Shown here: positions 26,199 through 34,550 of the stretch, piece by piece | Position numbering within the stretch: the stretch's first letter is position 1 | How the letters are laid out: each line of letters starts with the position of its first letter | Assembly: GCA_030633565.1 (NCBI GenBank) | Contig: DAOVSH010000002.1 | Location: 1 to 45,914 of the forward strand | Reading direction: 5' to 3' | Source of the DNA: Candidatus Cloacimonadota bacterium | Lineage (GTDB): Bacteria; Hydrothermota; E44-bin80 | DNA length: 45,914 nucleotides | Position numbers and translations under genes: made by a program | Notes under the pieces: model-generated | The model's input: only the letters and a program-made list of their open reading frames with translations | What the model was told of the DNA's origin: nothing | Databases searched by the model: none

Positions 26199-27005
26199 TC
26201 ATCGCAGGTTAAAGCCTGTGGCTACCCTTTTTCGAAAGAGAGTAATTTTCTCAATATCCATACTTATGAGCAATTCCATTGTCTCTGGTATCCTGTATCC
26301 AATATGCTCTGGTAGATGCGAATCCGAACCAATAGTAAGACGTACACCTCCGAGGTCTAAAAACCTTTCCACTATTTCCATACGGGGATATGTTTCCTTT
26401 GGCAGATGCCTGAGTCCCGAAGTGTTAATTTCAAGCGCCATTCCTTTTTCTATCAACATGTTAAGAATTTTATCAATGGGTTCCTTGAACTCTTCGTACG
26501 TGTAATCCCGAATACAGCTTATCCCATATCTCCGTATCATCTCAAAATGACCAAGACAGTCAAATAAACCGCTCTGTACAAGGCTATTAGTAACCTTAAA
26601 ATAAGATAGAAAAGCTTCCTTCCTATTAAAACATTTAAAGAATCTCTTTGTTCCTTCATCCCCTGAAATATCAAAATCTCCCACCAAATGAACGGATCCG
26701 AGGATAAAATCATAGTCTTTATCTTCAATGAATTGCCTGATTTCATTCTCACGTTTACTCTGATAGGTTACCTCTACTCCCTTTTTAATTTTCAGTCTGC
26801 CATCATAGATACTTTGCAGTTCTGAGAGCTTCTTAGAAATTCCTTCATAATCATATAATCCATAACCTTCATCTTTCGGATCTAAATCAAGATGTTCTGT
26901 AAATGCAATTTCATTTAACCCAAGTTCAATTGCACGATTGCACACCATTTCAGGCTCAAGCTGAGAGTCACACGAATAAGTCGTATGTATATGATAGTCT
27001 ACCAA
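26199..27005 (-). CDS. PHP-domain phosphoesterase (HisJ-family histidinol-phosphatase-like)
   Basis: 268 aa with DYHIHTTYSCDS, FTEH and GSVH/GSDSH metal-ligand motifs of the PHP/HisJ family. Confidence 0.8.
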   Translation of the reverse strand: MVDYHIHTTYSCDSQLEPEMVCNRAIELGLNEIAFTEHLDLDPKDEGYGLYDYEGISKKLSELQSIYDGRLKIKKGVEVTYQSKRENEIRQFIEDKDYDFILGSVHLVGDFDISGDEGTKRFFKCFNRKEAFLSYFKVTNSLVQSGLFDCLGHFEMIRRYGISCIRDYTYEEFKEPIDKILNMLIEKGMALEINTSGLRHLPKETYPRMEIVERFLDLGGVRLTIGSDSHLPEHIGYRIPETMELLISMDIEKITLFRKRVATGFNLR

Positions 27006-27006
27006 A

Positions 27007-27579
27007 TCACCCTCTCAGTGAAGAACCCTTTAGACCAACAGCAGATGGACAAATTATTTCTACGTTCTTGTACTTGAACTTTCCAGTTTTAATGTATTCA
27101 TGGGCTAACATTCGAATGTGATACCCCCCAAGTGTACCTGAAATACTTCCATCAGTATTATTATGCCATTCAACCATTTTCTCACTCTCGTTCACAGCAA
27201 GGATTATGTACACATTCCCTTCTTCCATATCTGCTATATCGTCACCACTGGGATGTGGAATTGCCTTACTATCTCCGATCTCAGTATGGGAATGGTAGTC
27301 TCCAATAACATCCACAGGCAGAAGGTGAACTATTTTCTTCACCCGTGATGCTCTTCTTTCATTCGGACTGACCCATGTTTTTGCCTTCTGTGCAGTCTGG
27401 AAGGGAATTGCATACTCCACAACATACGTATCCTCACCTTTTAGACCAAGCAAAATCCCGAGTGTTTCAAGATGAAATACCTCTATGGCTGAGAGTACCA
27501 TAGACCAGAAAGCTCTCTCTTTGACAATTATCTTCCTCCTCTTTTTCTTCTTTTCTTCTGATCTTTTCCCCTTAGACAT
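27007..27579 (-). CDS. JAB/MPN (JAMM) domain metalloprotease-like protein
   Basis: 190 aa. Intact JAMM elements: Glu (HLETLGILLG), HSH, and S-x-x-D (PSGDD). The N-terminus is Lys/Arg-rich. 8-nt overlap with the upstream HD gene. Confidence 0.75.
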   Translation of the reverse strand: MSKGKRSEEKKKKRRKIIVKERAFWSMVLSAIEVFHLETLGILLGLKGEDTYVVEYAIPFQTAQKAKTWVSPNERRASRVKKIVHLLPVDVIGDYHSHTEIGDSKAIPHPSGDDIADMEEGNVYIILAVNESEKMVEWHNNTDGSISGTLGGYHIRMLAHEYIKTGKFKYKNVEIICPSAVGLKGSSLRG

Positions 27580-28108
27580 CTTTCATTATTTTAAGGGATT
27601 CAAAATTAACGAAATCACTATAATGGATAATAATACTTTCTACTGTTCTTTTATAAATGTCCCCTTCCTTTGAATGGGTATAAATCATATGGACAATCTC
27701 AAAAGGCAATCCAATCTCACTCGCAAGATTTGCTCCACTTACCGGATGCCTGAGTAAAACTCCTATCTTTGATTTTCGGAAACCTTCACCCGAACGTTCA
27801 TATTCTAACAATTTTCCAACATCGTGGAGTAACCCACCTGCAATCAAATAATCTCCATTTATCGACAGTGTCTTATAAGACAACTGCAACACTTCGGCAA
27901 TTTTTAATGCACAGTTTGTAACTGCTCTTGTGTGCTCAATTATATTAATTTTAATATTTGGGATTAAAAGGGTAAAGGGTATCTTAAACAAGTCTTCCTC
28001 TTTCCATCCTCCAAGTTCAATTGCCCGTTTCCAGACCTTTGTGGTTTTATCCTGTAAATCCTTCTCTTTTATAAGTTTTATTTCAGGAAAAATCTCTATT
28101 AATTCCAC
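27572..28108 (-). CDS. HD-domain phosphohydrolase
   Basis: The track ORF (to 28498) runs through bioY in another frame. The GTG at 28108 has an AAGGAGA RBS a few nt upstream and gives a 178-aa protein with the HD motif GGLLHDVGK. Confidence 0.75.
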   Translation of the reverse strand: MELIEIFPEIKLIKEKDLQDKTTKVWKRAIELGGWKEEDLFKIPFTLLIPNIKINIIEHTRAVTNCALKIAEVLQLSYKTLSINGDYLIAGGLLHDVGKLLEYERSGEGFRKSKIGVLLRHPVSGANLASEIGLPFEIVHMIYTHSKEGDIYKRTVESIIIHYSDFVNFESLKIMKDV

Positions 28109-28668
28109 ATCTTTCTCCTTGTTGTATGAACAAGAAAAGAAGCAATAACTATTTTTATTGTATCTCCTGGTATAAAAGGAAGTATCCCTAATTTTACTGC
28201 ATTCAAAAATCCACTTTTGAGAAATATGGAAAGATGGAGTATTCCTGTAAGATAGATAACAAGGAGTCCCAAACACATCGCTACGACTGTGGATAAAATT
28301 CTCTTTCCTGTTCTTTTGAACACTAAAGAAATAATTGATGGAGCAATAAGAAAACCTATGATATAACCTCCAGTTGGACCAAGGATTCTCGTCATTCCTC
28401 CGAATGCTCCTGCAAAAACTGGTAAACCTGCTGCTCCTGATAAGACATAGAGCAATGTTGAAAGTGTACCGTACCTTTCGCCAAGAATGATTCCACATAG
28501 AAGTACAAATAAAACCTGCAACGTTATTGGAACAGGAGTAAATGGTAATGGAATGTACACAAATGCTCCGACTGCAATAAGCATAGCAAATATAAAACTA
28601 CCAATGAGCATCATAATCTCATTTGGTATCTCTATCCTTTTACTTAGGACCGCTTTTACAGTGTACAA
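28099..28668 (-). CDS. bioY: Biotin transporter BioY (ECF S-component)
   Basis: 189 aa with a PVPITLQ motif and six hydrophobic segments. The TTG start at 28668 follows AAGGAGG. The internal ATG at 28614 is an alternative start. Confidence 0.85.
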   Translation of the reverse strand: MYTVKAVLSKRIEIPNEIMMLIGSFIFAMLIAVGAFVYIPLPFTPVPITLQVLFVLLCGIILGERYGTLSTLLYVLSGAAGLPVFAGAFGGMTRILGPTGGYIIGFLIAPSIISLVFKRTGKRILSTVVAMCLGLLVIYLTGILHLSIFLKSGFLNAVKLGILPFIPGDTIKIVIASFLVHTTRRKMWN

Positions 28669-28694
28669 ATTTCCTCCTTTCTGCAGCGAAGTCC

Positions 28695-28718
28695 GTTGGG
28701 GACAAGCCCCAACGCTAC
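28695..28718 (-). repeat. REP-like element core (copy C)
   Basis: The minus strand reads GTAGCGTTGGGGCTTGTCCCCAAC. It lies 26 nt upstream of the bioY TTG. Confidence 0.8.
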
Positions 28719-28743
28719 TTTACTCTTTTCCATTTGTTAGACC

Positions 28744-28823
28744 GTTGCGAAGCAACCAATTTCCGTTCATTGCAGATGAACCCATTTCATTCTATAAGAA
28801 CTCAATCACCGTCCCGAAGGGAC
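28744..28823 (-). other. Cluster of three short perfect hairpins
   Basis: On the plus strand: GTTGC-GAA-GCAAC (28744-28756), GTTCAT-TGCAG-ATGAAC (28765-28781) and GTCCC-GAA-GGGAC (28811-28823). Like the REP core, all have the form GT...AC. Confidence 0.7.
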
Positions 28824-28827
28824 ATTT

Positions 28828-28873
28828 CCTCCTTACTCCTTACTCCTTACTCCCTACTCCCTACTACATCTTC
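28828..28873 (-). repeat. Heptanucleotide array (GGAGTAA/GGAGTAG)n immediately after the ALDH stop codon
   Basis: The minus strand reads TAG-GAAGATGTAGTAG GGAGTAG GGAGTAA GGAGTAA GGAGTAA GGAGG. Each unit combines an SD-like GGAG with a TAA or TAG. Confidence 0.85.
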
Positions 28874-30373
28874 CTACTTCTCCACGCTTGTGTCTATCTG
28901 TGCTTTTTGGAGCTTCCCAGAATAATCAACGTAAATAGTCTTTATCTCGGTAAATATCTCATATACAGTGAGCCCACCTTCTCTGTGTCCATTACCTGTA
29001 TTCTTCACTCCTCCAAAGGGAAGATGGCATTCAGCTCCAATAGTTGGTCCATTTATATACGTAATCCCCGCCTCTATTTCCTCAGCTGCCCTCATAGCAA
29101 GATTAACATTCTTTGTATAGATCGAGGAGGATAAACCATAAATAGTATCATTCATTATCTCTATTGCATCTTCAAACGTATTGAATTTAATAATAGAGAG
29201 TACTGGTCCAAATATCTCTTCTTGTTCAATCCTCATACCAGGCTTCACATCTTTAAAAATGGTCGGTTTATAAAACCATCCATCTGCACACTCTCCCTCT
29301 TCATAAAATTCACCACCAATCACAAGTTTGGCTCCTTCATCCTTCCCAATCTGGACATAATTATGAATAACTTCCCTCTGCCCCTTGTTTATCACAGGTC
29401 CCATCTCAACAGTCTCATCAAGACCATTTCCTATCTTTATCTTTTTTACTCTTTCCACAAGCATCTCAATAAACGTATCATAGACTTTTTCACTAAGAAT
29501 TAATCTGGACGTCGCAGTGCAACGCTGCCCTGTTGTCCCGAAGGCTCCCCATAGAACACCTTCAAGTGCAAGATCCAAATCAGCATCTGAGGTAACAATC
29601 TGTGCATTCTTTCCACCGAGTTCAAGCGATACTCTTTTTAGTGTCTTTCCGCAAACCTCTGCAATGCGGCTTCCCACTTCTGATGAACCGGTAAATGACA
29701 CAACACCGATATCAGGGTGTGCAAGCAGCGCTTCTCCTACTTCTCTTCCTGCTCCATGAACAATATTAACTACACCTTCTGGAATACCTGCCTCCACTAA
29801 TATCTCAATAAGTTTTGCAGACGTAGCAGGCGTAGCACTTGCAGGCTTAATAACTACAGTGTTTCCCGAAAGAAGAGCAGGAATCACTTTCCAGCAAGGT
29901 ATAGCCATGGGAAAATTCCAGGGTGTTATCAAACCTGCCACACCAATAGGTTTTCTGACGGTGTAACATAATTTGTTCGAAAGTTCCGAAGGTGTGGTTA
30001 TACCAAAAAGCCTTCTTCCTTCTCCAAAGGCATAATAAGCAGTATCAATTCCTTCTTGAACATCACCCCTCGTTTCCTTGATGACCTTTCCCATTTCTCT
30101 CGTTTCAAGTTTTGCAAGTTCCTCTTTTCTCTCAACCATAATATCACCACAGCGGCCAAGTATTTCGCCCCTTTTGGGGACGGGAACTTTTTTCCAGAAC
30201 TTAAAAGCATTTTTTGCAGCTTCAACTGCTTTCTCTATATCTTTTGGGGTCGATTTGGGGAAAATGCCAACAATTTCATCCCAGTTTGCTGGATTTCTGT
30301 TTTCAAACGTCCTCTTTGATTCAGAATCAACCCATTCTCCTCCTATAAAATTTTTATAAACCTCTGCCATCAT
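28874..30373 (-). CDS. NAD(P)+-dependent aldehyde dehydrogenase
   Basis: 499 aa with FTGSSEVG, ELGGKN and GQRCTA (catalytic Cys) motifs. AGGAGG RBS upstream. Confidence 0.9.
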   Translation of the reverse strand: MMAEVYKNFIGGEWVDSESKRTFENRNPANWDEIVGIFPKSTPKDIEKAVEAAKNAFKFWKKVPVPKRGEILGRCGDIMVERKEELAKLETREMGKVIKETRGDVQEGIDTAYYAFGEGRRLFGITTPSELSNKLCYTVRKPIGVAGLITPWNFPMAIPCWKVIPALLSGNTVVIKPASATPATSAKLIEILVEAGIPEGVVNIVHGAGREVGEALLAHPDIGVVSFTGSSEVGSRIAEVCGKTLKRVSLELGGKNAQIVTSDADLDLALEGVLWGAFGTTGQRCTATSRLILSEKVYDTFIEMLVERVKKIKIGNGLDETVEMGPVINKGQREVIHNYVQIGKDEGAKLVIGGEFYEEGECADGWFYKPTIFKDVKPGMRIEQEEIFGPVLSIIKFNTFEDAIEIMNDTIYGLSSSIYTKNVNLAMRAAEEIEAGITYINGPTIGAECHLPFGGVKNTGNGHREGGLTVYEIFTEIKTIYVDYSGKLQKAQIDTSVEK

Positions 30374-30455
30374 ACCTCCTGTTTATAGCATTAAATTTAT
30401 AGAAATTTACTCTTCAACCTTAGCTCACAACTGTTGAATTTTTAACATGGTGGTG

Positions 30456-30484
30456 AGCATAACAATAAAAAAAACCAATGTCAA
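30456..30484 (-). promoter_or_regulatory. sigma70-type promoter upstream of the aldehyde dehydrogenase
   Basis: Minus strand TTGACA (30484-30479, overlapping the stop of the upstream gene), 17-nt spacer, TATGCT (30461-30456). Confidence 0.4.
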
Positions 30485-31614
30485 GCCTTTTTCTTTTTTT
30501 CATTTTCCCTTCCACTTAAAATGGAAACAAATCCAATTATTGAAAAGAAAAGAGGATTTATTATCGGTTCCTGTGTATGACCGCTAAAGAAGCTTGCAAC
30601 ATACATCGCAACAAGTGCAAAGAAAAAAGCACATCCAATATCCCTCCAGTAACGATTCCTGAAAATTGTGATACAATGCTTAAAAAGCATTATGGATAGA
30701 TAAATATAACTTGCAAAACCGAAAATCCCACTCTCCATGTATACCTGCAAATAATCTGAGTGCCAGGAACCTCTATCTTTTAAAAAAGGAGAAACAACCG
30801 AATAAGTACGTGGTCCGAAACCCAAGAATGGATTTCGTGTAATGAGCGATCTTGCCCCCTCCCATATAGTAAACCGTCCTGACGTATGTGAAAAAGGCTG
30901 AGTAAGGGTCATAAACCGATCTCGTATATTTTGTAAAAATGCAATACACACTCCAATAAGTGTAGTGATATATACAAACAGCCACCGTTTCCTCTTCAGA
31001 CCAACTATGATAATTACCGGAATAATACCAAGCCACTGTGCTCTTTCCTGAGCAAATATAAGACCAACAGTCGTAATTCCTAAAACTAAAAAAGCGATAT
31101 ACTTTTTCGGGAAAATACGTCTATTATCAGCAAGTGCAAATGATAGGCAGAATACAATCATAGTATACTCAGCAAATCTGGTAATTCCTCCTGCCGTACA
31201 TTGTGCCTTCTCTGCAAAGTTGTAAACAATAACACGTGTTACCCCATATACTGACGCTATTGCTCCAGCATAAATAATTATTGTTATGTATCGAATAAGA
31301 AGAACGTCTTTATTTTTATCATCATGAAAATTTGTTATGGCAAAATAAATGAGCGAAAAGAAAATACCCGTTTGGAGTTCCTTAAGACTCAGCAGTATGT
31401 CTACTGAGGTAAAACAGGAAATCGATCTTATAAAAAGGTAGATGATAACAGGAAAATCAAGGGAACTCTCAACAAATTTTCGCTTGGATATCCATTTATA
31501 AATCCAGAACAAAATAATAATTAGTGCAAAACCTTGAGCTAATGTATTGGAGAATATGAGTGAAGCGAAGAATAGATAAAAGAGATATTCAGAAAACCTA
31601 TTAGACCATCTCAT
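30481..31614 (-). CDS. O-antigen ligase (Wzy_C)-like polytopic membrane protein
   Basis: 377 aa with about 10 TM segments and a large loop (GGITRFAEY...AQERAQW) resembling O-antigen ligase/polymerase family members. Family assignment is by general resemblance only. Confidence 0.55.
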   Translation of the reverse strand: MRWSNRFSEYLFYLFFASLIFSNTLAQGFALIIILFWIYKWISKRKFVESSLDFPVIIYLFIRSISCFTSVDILLSLKELQTGIFFSLIYFAITNFHDDKNKDVLLIRYITIIIYAGAIASVYGVTRVIVYNFAEKAQCTAGGITRFAEYTMIVFCLSFALADNRRIFPKKYIAFLVLGITTVGLIFAQERAQWLGIIPVIIIVGLKRKRWLFVYITTLIGVCIAFLQNIRDRFMTLTQPFSHTSGRFTIWEGARSLITRNPFLGFGPRTYSVVSPFLKDRGSWHSDYLQVYMESGIFGFASYIYLSIMLFKHCITIFRNRYWRDIGCAFFFALVAMYVASFFSGHTQEPIINPLFFSIIGFVSILSGRENEKKKKA

Positions 31615-34476
31615 CTAAAACTCACTCTTTATTCTCCTCCATATCTTTTCGAGTTCTACTGTTTTATTCATCTTATCAAGTATCTCAAGAGATTTATCAT
31701 AATAGTTTAATGCTTCGATATTTGCATATGCCTTTTTTGCCTTATCACCTGCCTCAATCGAATAATAGAACGCCTTCTCCCAGTTCTGTCCCCTATAATA
31801 ATGGTGTGTGAGTAAACCAAGCACTTCCTCTACTGCTTTTCGGTATTTTTTCTCGATAAAGTCAGCAACCATAATATGAATTTCTCTTTTTCTCTTGAAG
31901 GAAAGACTATTGTATGATACTTCCTGAGTTAAAATGTGTTTAAAGATATACTGTTCCTCTTTCTCCATTTTCTGATGTAATAGAAGGTCAAGATTCTGGA
32001 GAGATAAAAGATATCCTTTTAATTTCTTCTTATCCTCAGAATATACACCTTCCAATGTAGAGTAGTCAAATTCTCTTCCTATCACTGATGCCGTTAACAG
32101 TACCCTTTTTACTTCTGACGAAAGCCTGTCAATACGGCTCATAATCACTCCTTGGATGGTATCAGGAATCTCAAATTTTTGAAGATTCTCTGGAAAAACC
32201 CACTCTCGGTGTACCTTCTTAAGAATTGTTCTTTCTATTAATGACCTTATGAGTTCCTCAATGTAAAATGGATTACCCTGCGTTTCATTTTTTATGAAGT
32301 CAACAAACACCCGACTTGGTTCCTTAATTCCGAGTAGGGATGATATAAGATATTGAACTTCTTTCTCTTCAAGTTCTGTAAGAACAATTTCCTTATGATG
32401 ATTATAATTTGTAAATCCCCACTTTTCCTTTACAGGACGGGTTACCACTATTATAAATATTGGAATATCCTTCATATTTCTGGCAATGTAGTTTAGCAAA
32501 TCACAGGATGCAGTATCTGCCCAGTGAAAATCTTCAAGTACCAGTAAAAGTGGTTCTTTCTTTCTCTTTTTACCTGTTCTCTTCGAAAACAACAGAAGCT
32601 CAAGGACAATATCAAATAACCTCTGTTTCCTGAGTTTGGCATCAATTGAGCTTGTCAATTTTGTCTCTTCGATATCAAGATCAAGTAGTTCACCAACAAT
32701 GGGTGACCATTCACATAATGAAGGATTTACATTTTTCATAAAATCTTCAACTGTTTTCTTTTTCTCTTCGTCTTTAACGATCTTCTCAAGTTCCATAAAA
32801 GAAGCTATTGGTTCTTTCCATGGATGATATGAAATGGGCTTGCCATAAAATTGACAGCTTCCCATAGCAAACTCATAACCTTTTTTAAGCCACAGATCTA
32901 TAAATTCCCTCGTAAGTCTCGATTTTCCAAGACCCGCTTCACCTGATATCGTTACAACAAAACCCTTCCCCTTCTCAATCCTTTTAAGAACCAACTTCAG
33001 TGCTTTTAATTGATGCTCCCTCCCAACAAAAACCTCCGACTCGCCACCACGTAACCTTTTAAATGGAACAATTTTTTCCCTCACCGATTGAACCCTGTAA
33101 ATCTTTAACGGTTTCTCCTTGCCTTTCAATTTGACTGTTTTAAGACTCTCTAATTTAAAAACATTCCTTACTTTTTTGTACACATTATCCGACACAATAA
33201 TATCATCATCTTTCGCCTTAGCAAGCAATCGTGCTGCAAGATTAACCTCATCTCCCATCACTGTATATTCCTTTCTTTCACTGGAACCAATATTTCCTGC
33301 AAAAACAAAACCAGCATTTATACCAATACTCATCTTAATATCCAAAGTTTGCGACCATACACTTGAGAGAATCTCATATGCACAGTTTACTGCCCGTTCT
33401 TCATCATCCTCATGGGCGAAAGGAACACCAAAAAGAACCATCACGTTATAACCCAGACAGGCAAAATCAATTTTATCAATAGAACCATCGTATCTTTCAA
33501 CAATACTTTCCAGTTCCGAAAAATATCGGTGTAGGTTAACCATTGCTTTATCATCATTATCAAAATCGAATCCGTGAAAATTTAGGAAGAGAACAGTAAC
33601 CTTTCTATGTTCACCCCAGACCTCAAGATTAAAAGGAGATTCTATTATCTTATTGAAAAGAACTATATTAATAAAAGGTTTCAGTTTTCTTATCCCTTCG
33701 ATAAGTTTCTCCTTCTTCTCCTCTTGCATACCATATCTCTTGATTTTCCTGACACCTACATCTGTTTTGACCCTTTTAACCAGGTACTTGCCTTCCTTTT
33801 TCTTATCAATTTCAACCTTTCCTTTAACAACTTTATGAAAATCCTCACTGAGAACTACCTCACCAGCCTTTCCCCTCTCCTCCAATGCGGCAATCTCATT
33901 CGTAGTATTTCCAACGGCAAGATAAAATAGACCTACATCTTGCATACCTGTACTTAACAATCTAATTTTACCAGTATGAAGCGTTATATGAACTCTCAAT
34001 GGAAAAACTCCTCTTGAGGTTTTCACCTGGCTGAACTCTTGTAGAACCTCCTTCATCTCCCAGGCAGATAGAAGTGCTCTGGATTCCTTATCGTCTTTTT
34101 TCCCTTTCTCTGCATAGTAAAATGCCGAAAGTGCATCACCACTGAAATGATATAAGTCTCCTCCATTCATGAAAATAATGTCAAGTAAATGAGAAAAATA
34201 ACTGTTAACAATTTCCGTAATTTCTTCTGCTCCTTCTTTTCCAACCCTGGAGAGCTTTTCCGAAAGTGCAGTAAAACCTGTGATATCTGCTATAAGGATT
34301 GCACATTCCTTTGTTATTCCGTCTACCAAAGCACTATCTTCTTTCATTAATTGTTCAAATATAGCAGCGGGAACATATAAAGCAAGACTTGAAAATAATG
34401 AACGAAGTTGAACCGTGCTTTTTATTCCTTTATCTGATAAAAACCTCTTTAATTCTGCGTTTTTCTTTTTCATCAT
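31615..34476 (-). CDS. Tandem class III nucleotidyl cyclase domains + P-loop STAND/AAA ATPase + TPR-like C-terminus
   Basis: 953 aa. CHD1 motifs (ILIADITGFT, FSGDALSAFY), CHD2 motifs (YTVMGDEVNLAARL), Walker A (ISGEAGLGKSRL), Walker B-like (LLLVLEDFHWAD) and a helical repeat tail. Confidence 0.85.
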   Translation of the reverse strand: MMKKKNAELKRFLSDKGIKSTVQLRSLFSSLALYVPAAIFEQLMKEDSALVDGITKECAILIADITGFTALSEKLSRVGKEGAEEITEIVNSYFSHLLDIIFMNGGDLYHFSGDALSAFYYAEKGKKDDKESRALLSAWEMKEVLQEFSQVKTSRGVFPLRVHITLHTGKIRLLSTGMQDVGLFYLAVGNTTNEIAALEERGKAGEVVLSEDFHKVVKGKVEIDKKKEGKYLVKRVKTDVGVRKIKRYGMQEEKKEKLIEGIRKLKPFINIVLFNKIIESPFNLEVWGEHRKVTVLFLNFHGFDFDNDDKAMVNLHRYFSELESIVERYDGSIDKIDFACLGYNVMVLFGVPFAHEDDEERAVNCAYEILSSVWSQTLDIKMSIGINAGFVFAGNIGSSERKEYTVMGDEVNLAARLLAKAKDDDIIVSDNVYKKVRNVFKLESLKTVKLKGKEKPLKIYRVQSVREKIVPFKRLRGGESEVFVGREHQLKALKLVLKRIEKGKGFVVTISGEAGLGKSRLTREFIDLWLKKGYEFAMGSCQFYGKPISYHPWKEPIASFMELEKIVKDEEKKKTVEDFMKNVNPSLCEWSPIVGELLDLDIEETKLTSSIDAKLRKQRLFDIVLELLLFSKRTGKKRKKEPLLLVLEDFHWADTASCDLLNYIARNMKDIPIFIIVVTRPVKEKWGFTNYNHHKEIVLTELEEKEVQYLISSLLGIKEPSRVFVDFIKNETQGNPFYIEELIRSLIERTILKKVHREWVFPENLQKFEIPDTIQGVIMSRIDRLSSEVKRVLLTASVIGREFDYSTLEGVYSEDKKKLKGYLLSLQNLDLLLHQKMEKEEQYIFKHILTQEVSYNSLSFKRKREIHIMVADFIEKKYRKAVEEVLGLLTHHYYRGQNWEKAFYYSIEAGDKAKKAYANIEALNYYDKSLEILDKMNKTVELEKIWRRIKSEF

Positions 34477-34503
34477 CCATCCATTCTACAGTCGATAAAT
34501 ATC

Positions 34504-34532
34504 TACATAATATAAATTCTTTCTATTGTCAA
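34504..34532 (-). promoter_or_regulatory. sigma70-type promoter upstream of the cyclase gene
   Basis: Minus strand TTGACA (34532-34527), 17-nt spacer, TATGTA (34509-34504). Confidence 0.35.
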
Positions 34533-34550
34533 GACAAAACAAGAACACAA

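Noticed and set aside
28109-28498. A 130-codon N-terminal extension of the HD-domain ORF (track ORF 27572-28498)
   Set aside because: It lies entirely within bioY in another frame and has a Cys/Arg/Ser-rich, non-protein-like composition. A GTG with a strong AAGGAGA RBS at 28108 starts the real HD protein.
28487-29134. Plus-strand ORFs (28487-29134, 28623-28925) and minus-strand ORFs near 15436-16071 that share peptides such as SVGDKPQRY and LLPTPYS
   Set aside because: The shared peptides are simply translations of the repeated REP core and heptamer arrays. The ORFs run antisense to, or across, well-supported genes.
16596-34476. Patatin, cyclase/STAND, HD and JAB genes as parts of a CBASS-like or other cyclic-nucleotide defence system
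   Set aside because: The genes are dispersed over about 18 kb among housekeeping genes. No CD-NTase, E1/E2 or other core defence gene is visible. The cyclase is a class III CHD and the patatin is not adjacent to any nucleotide synthase.
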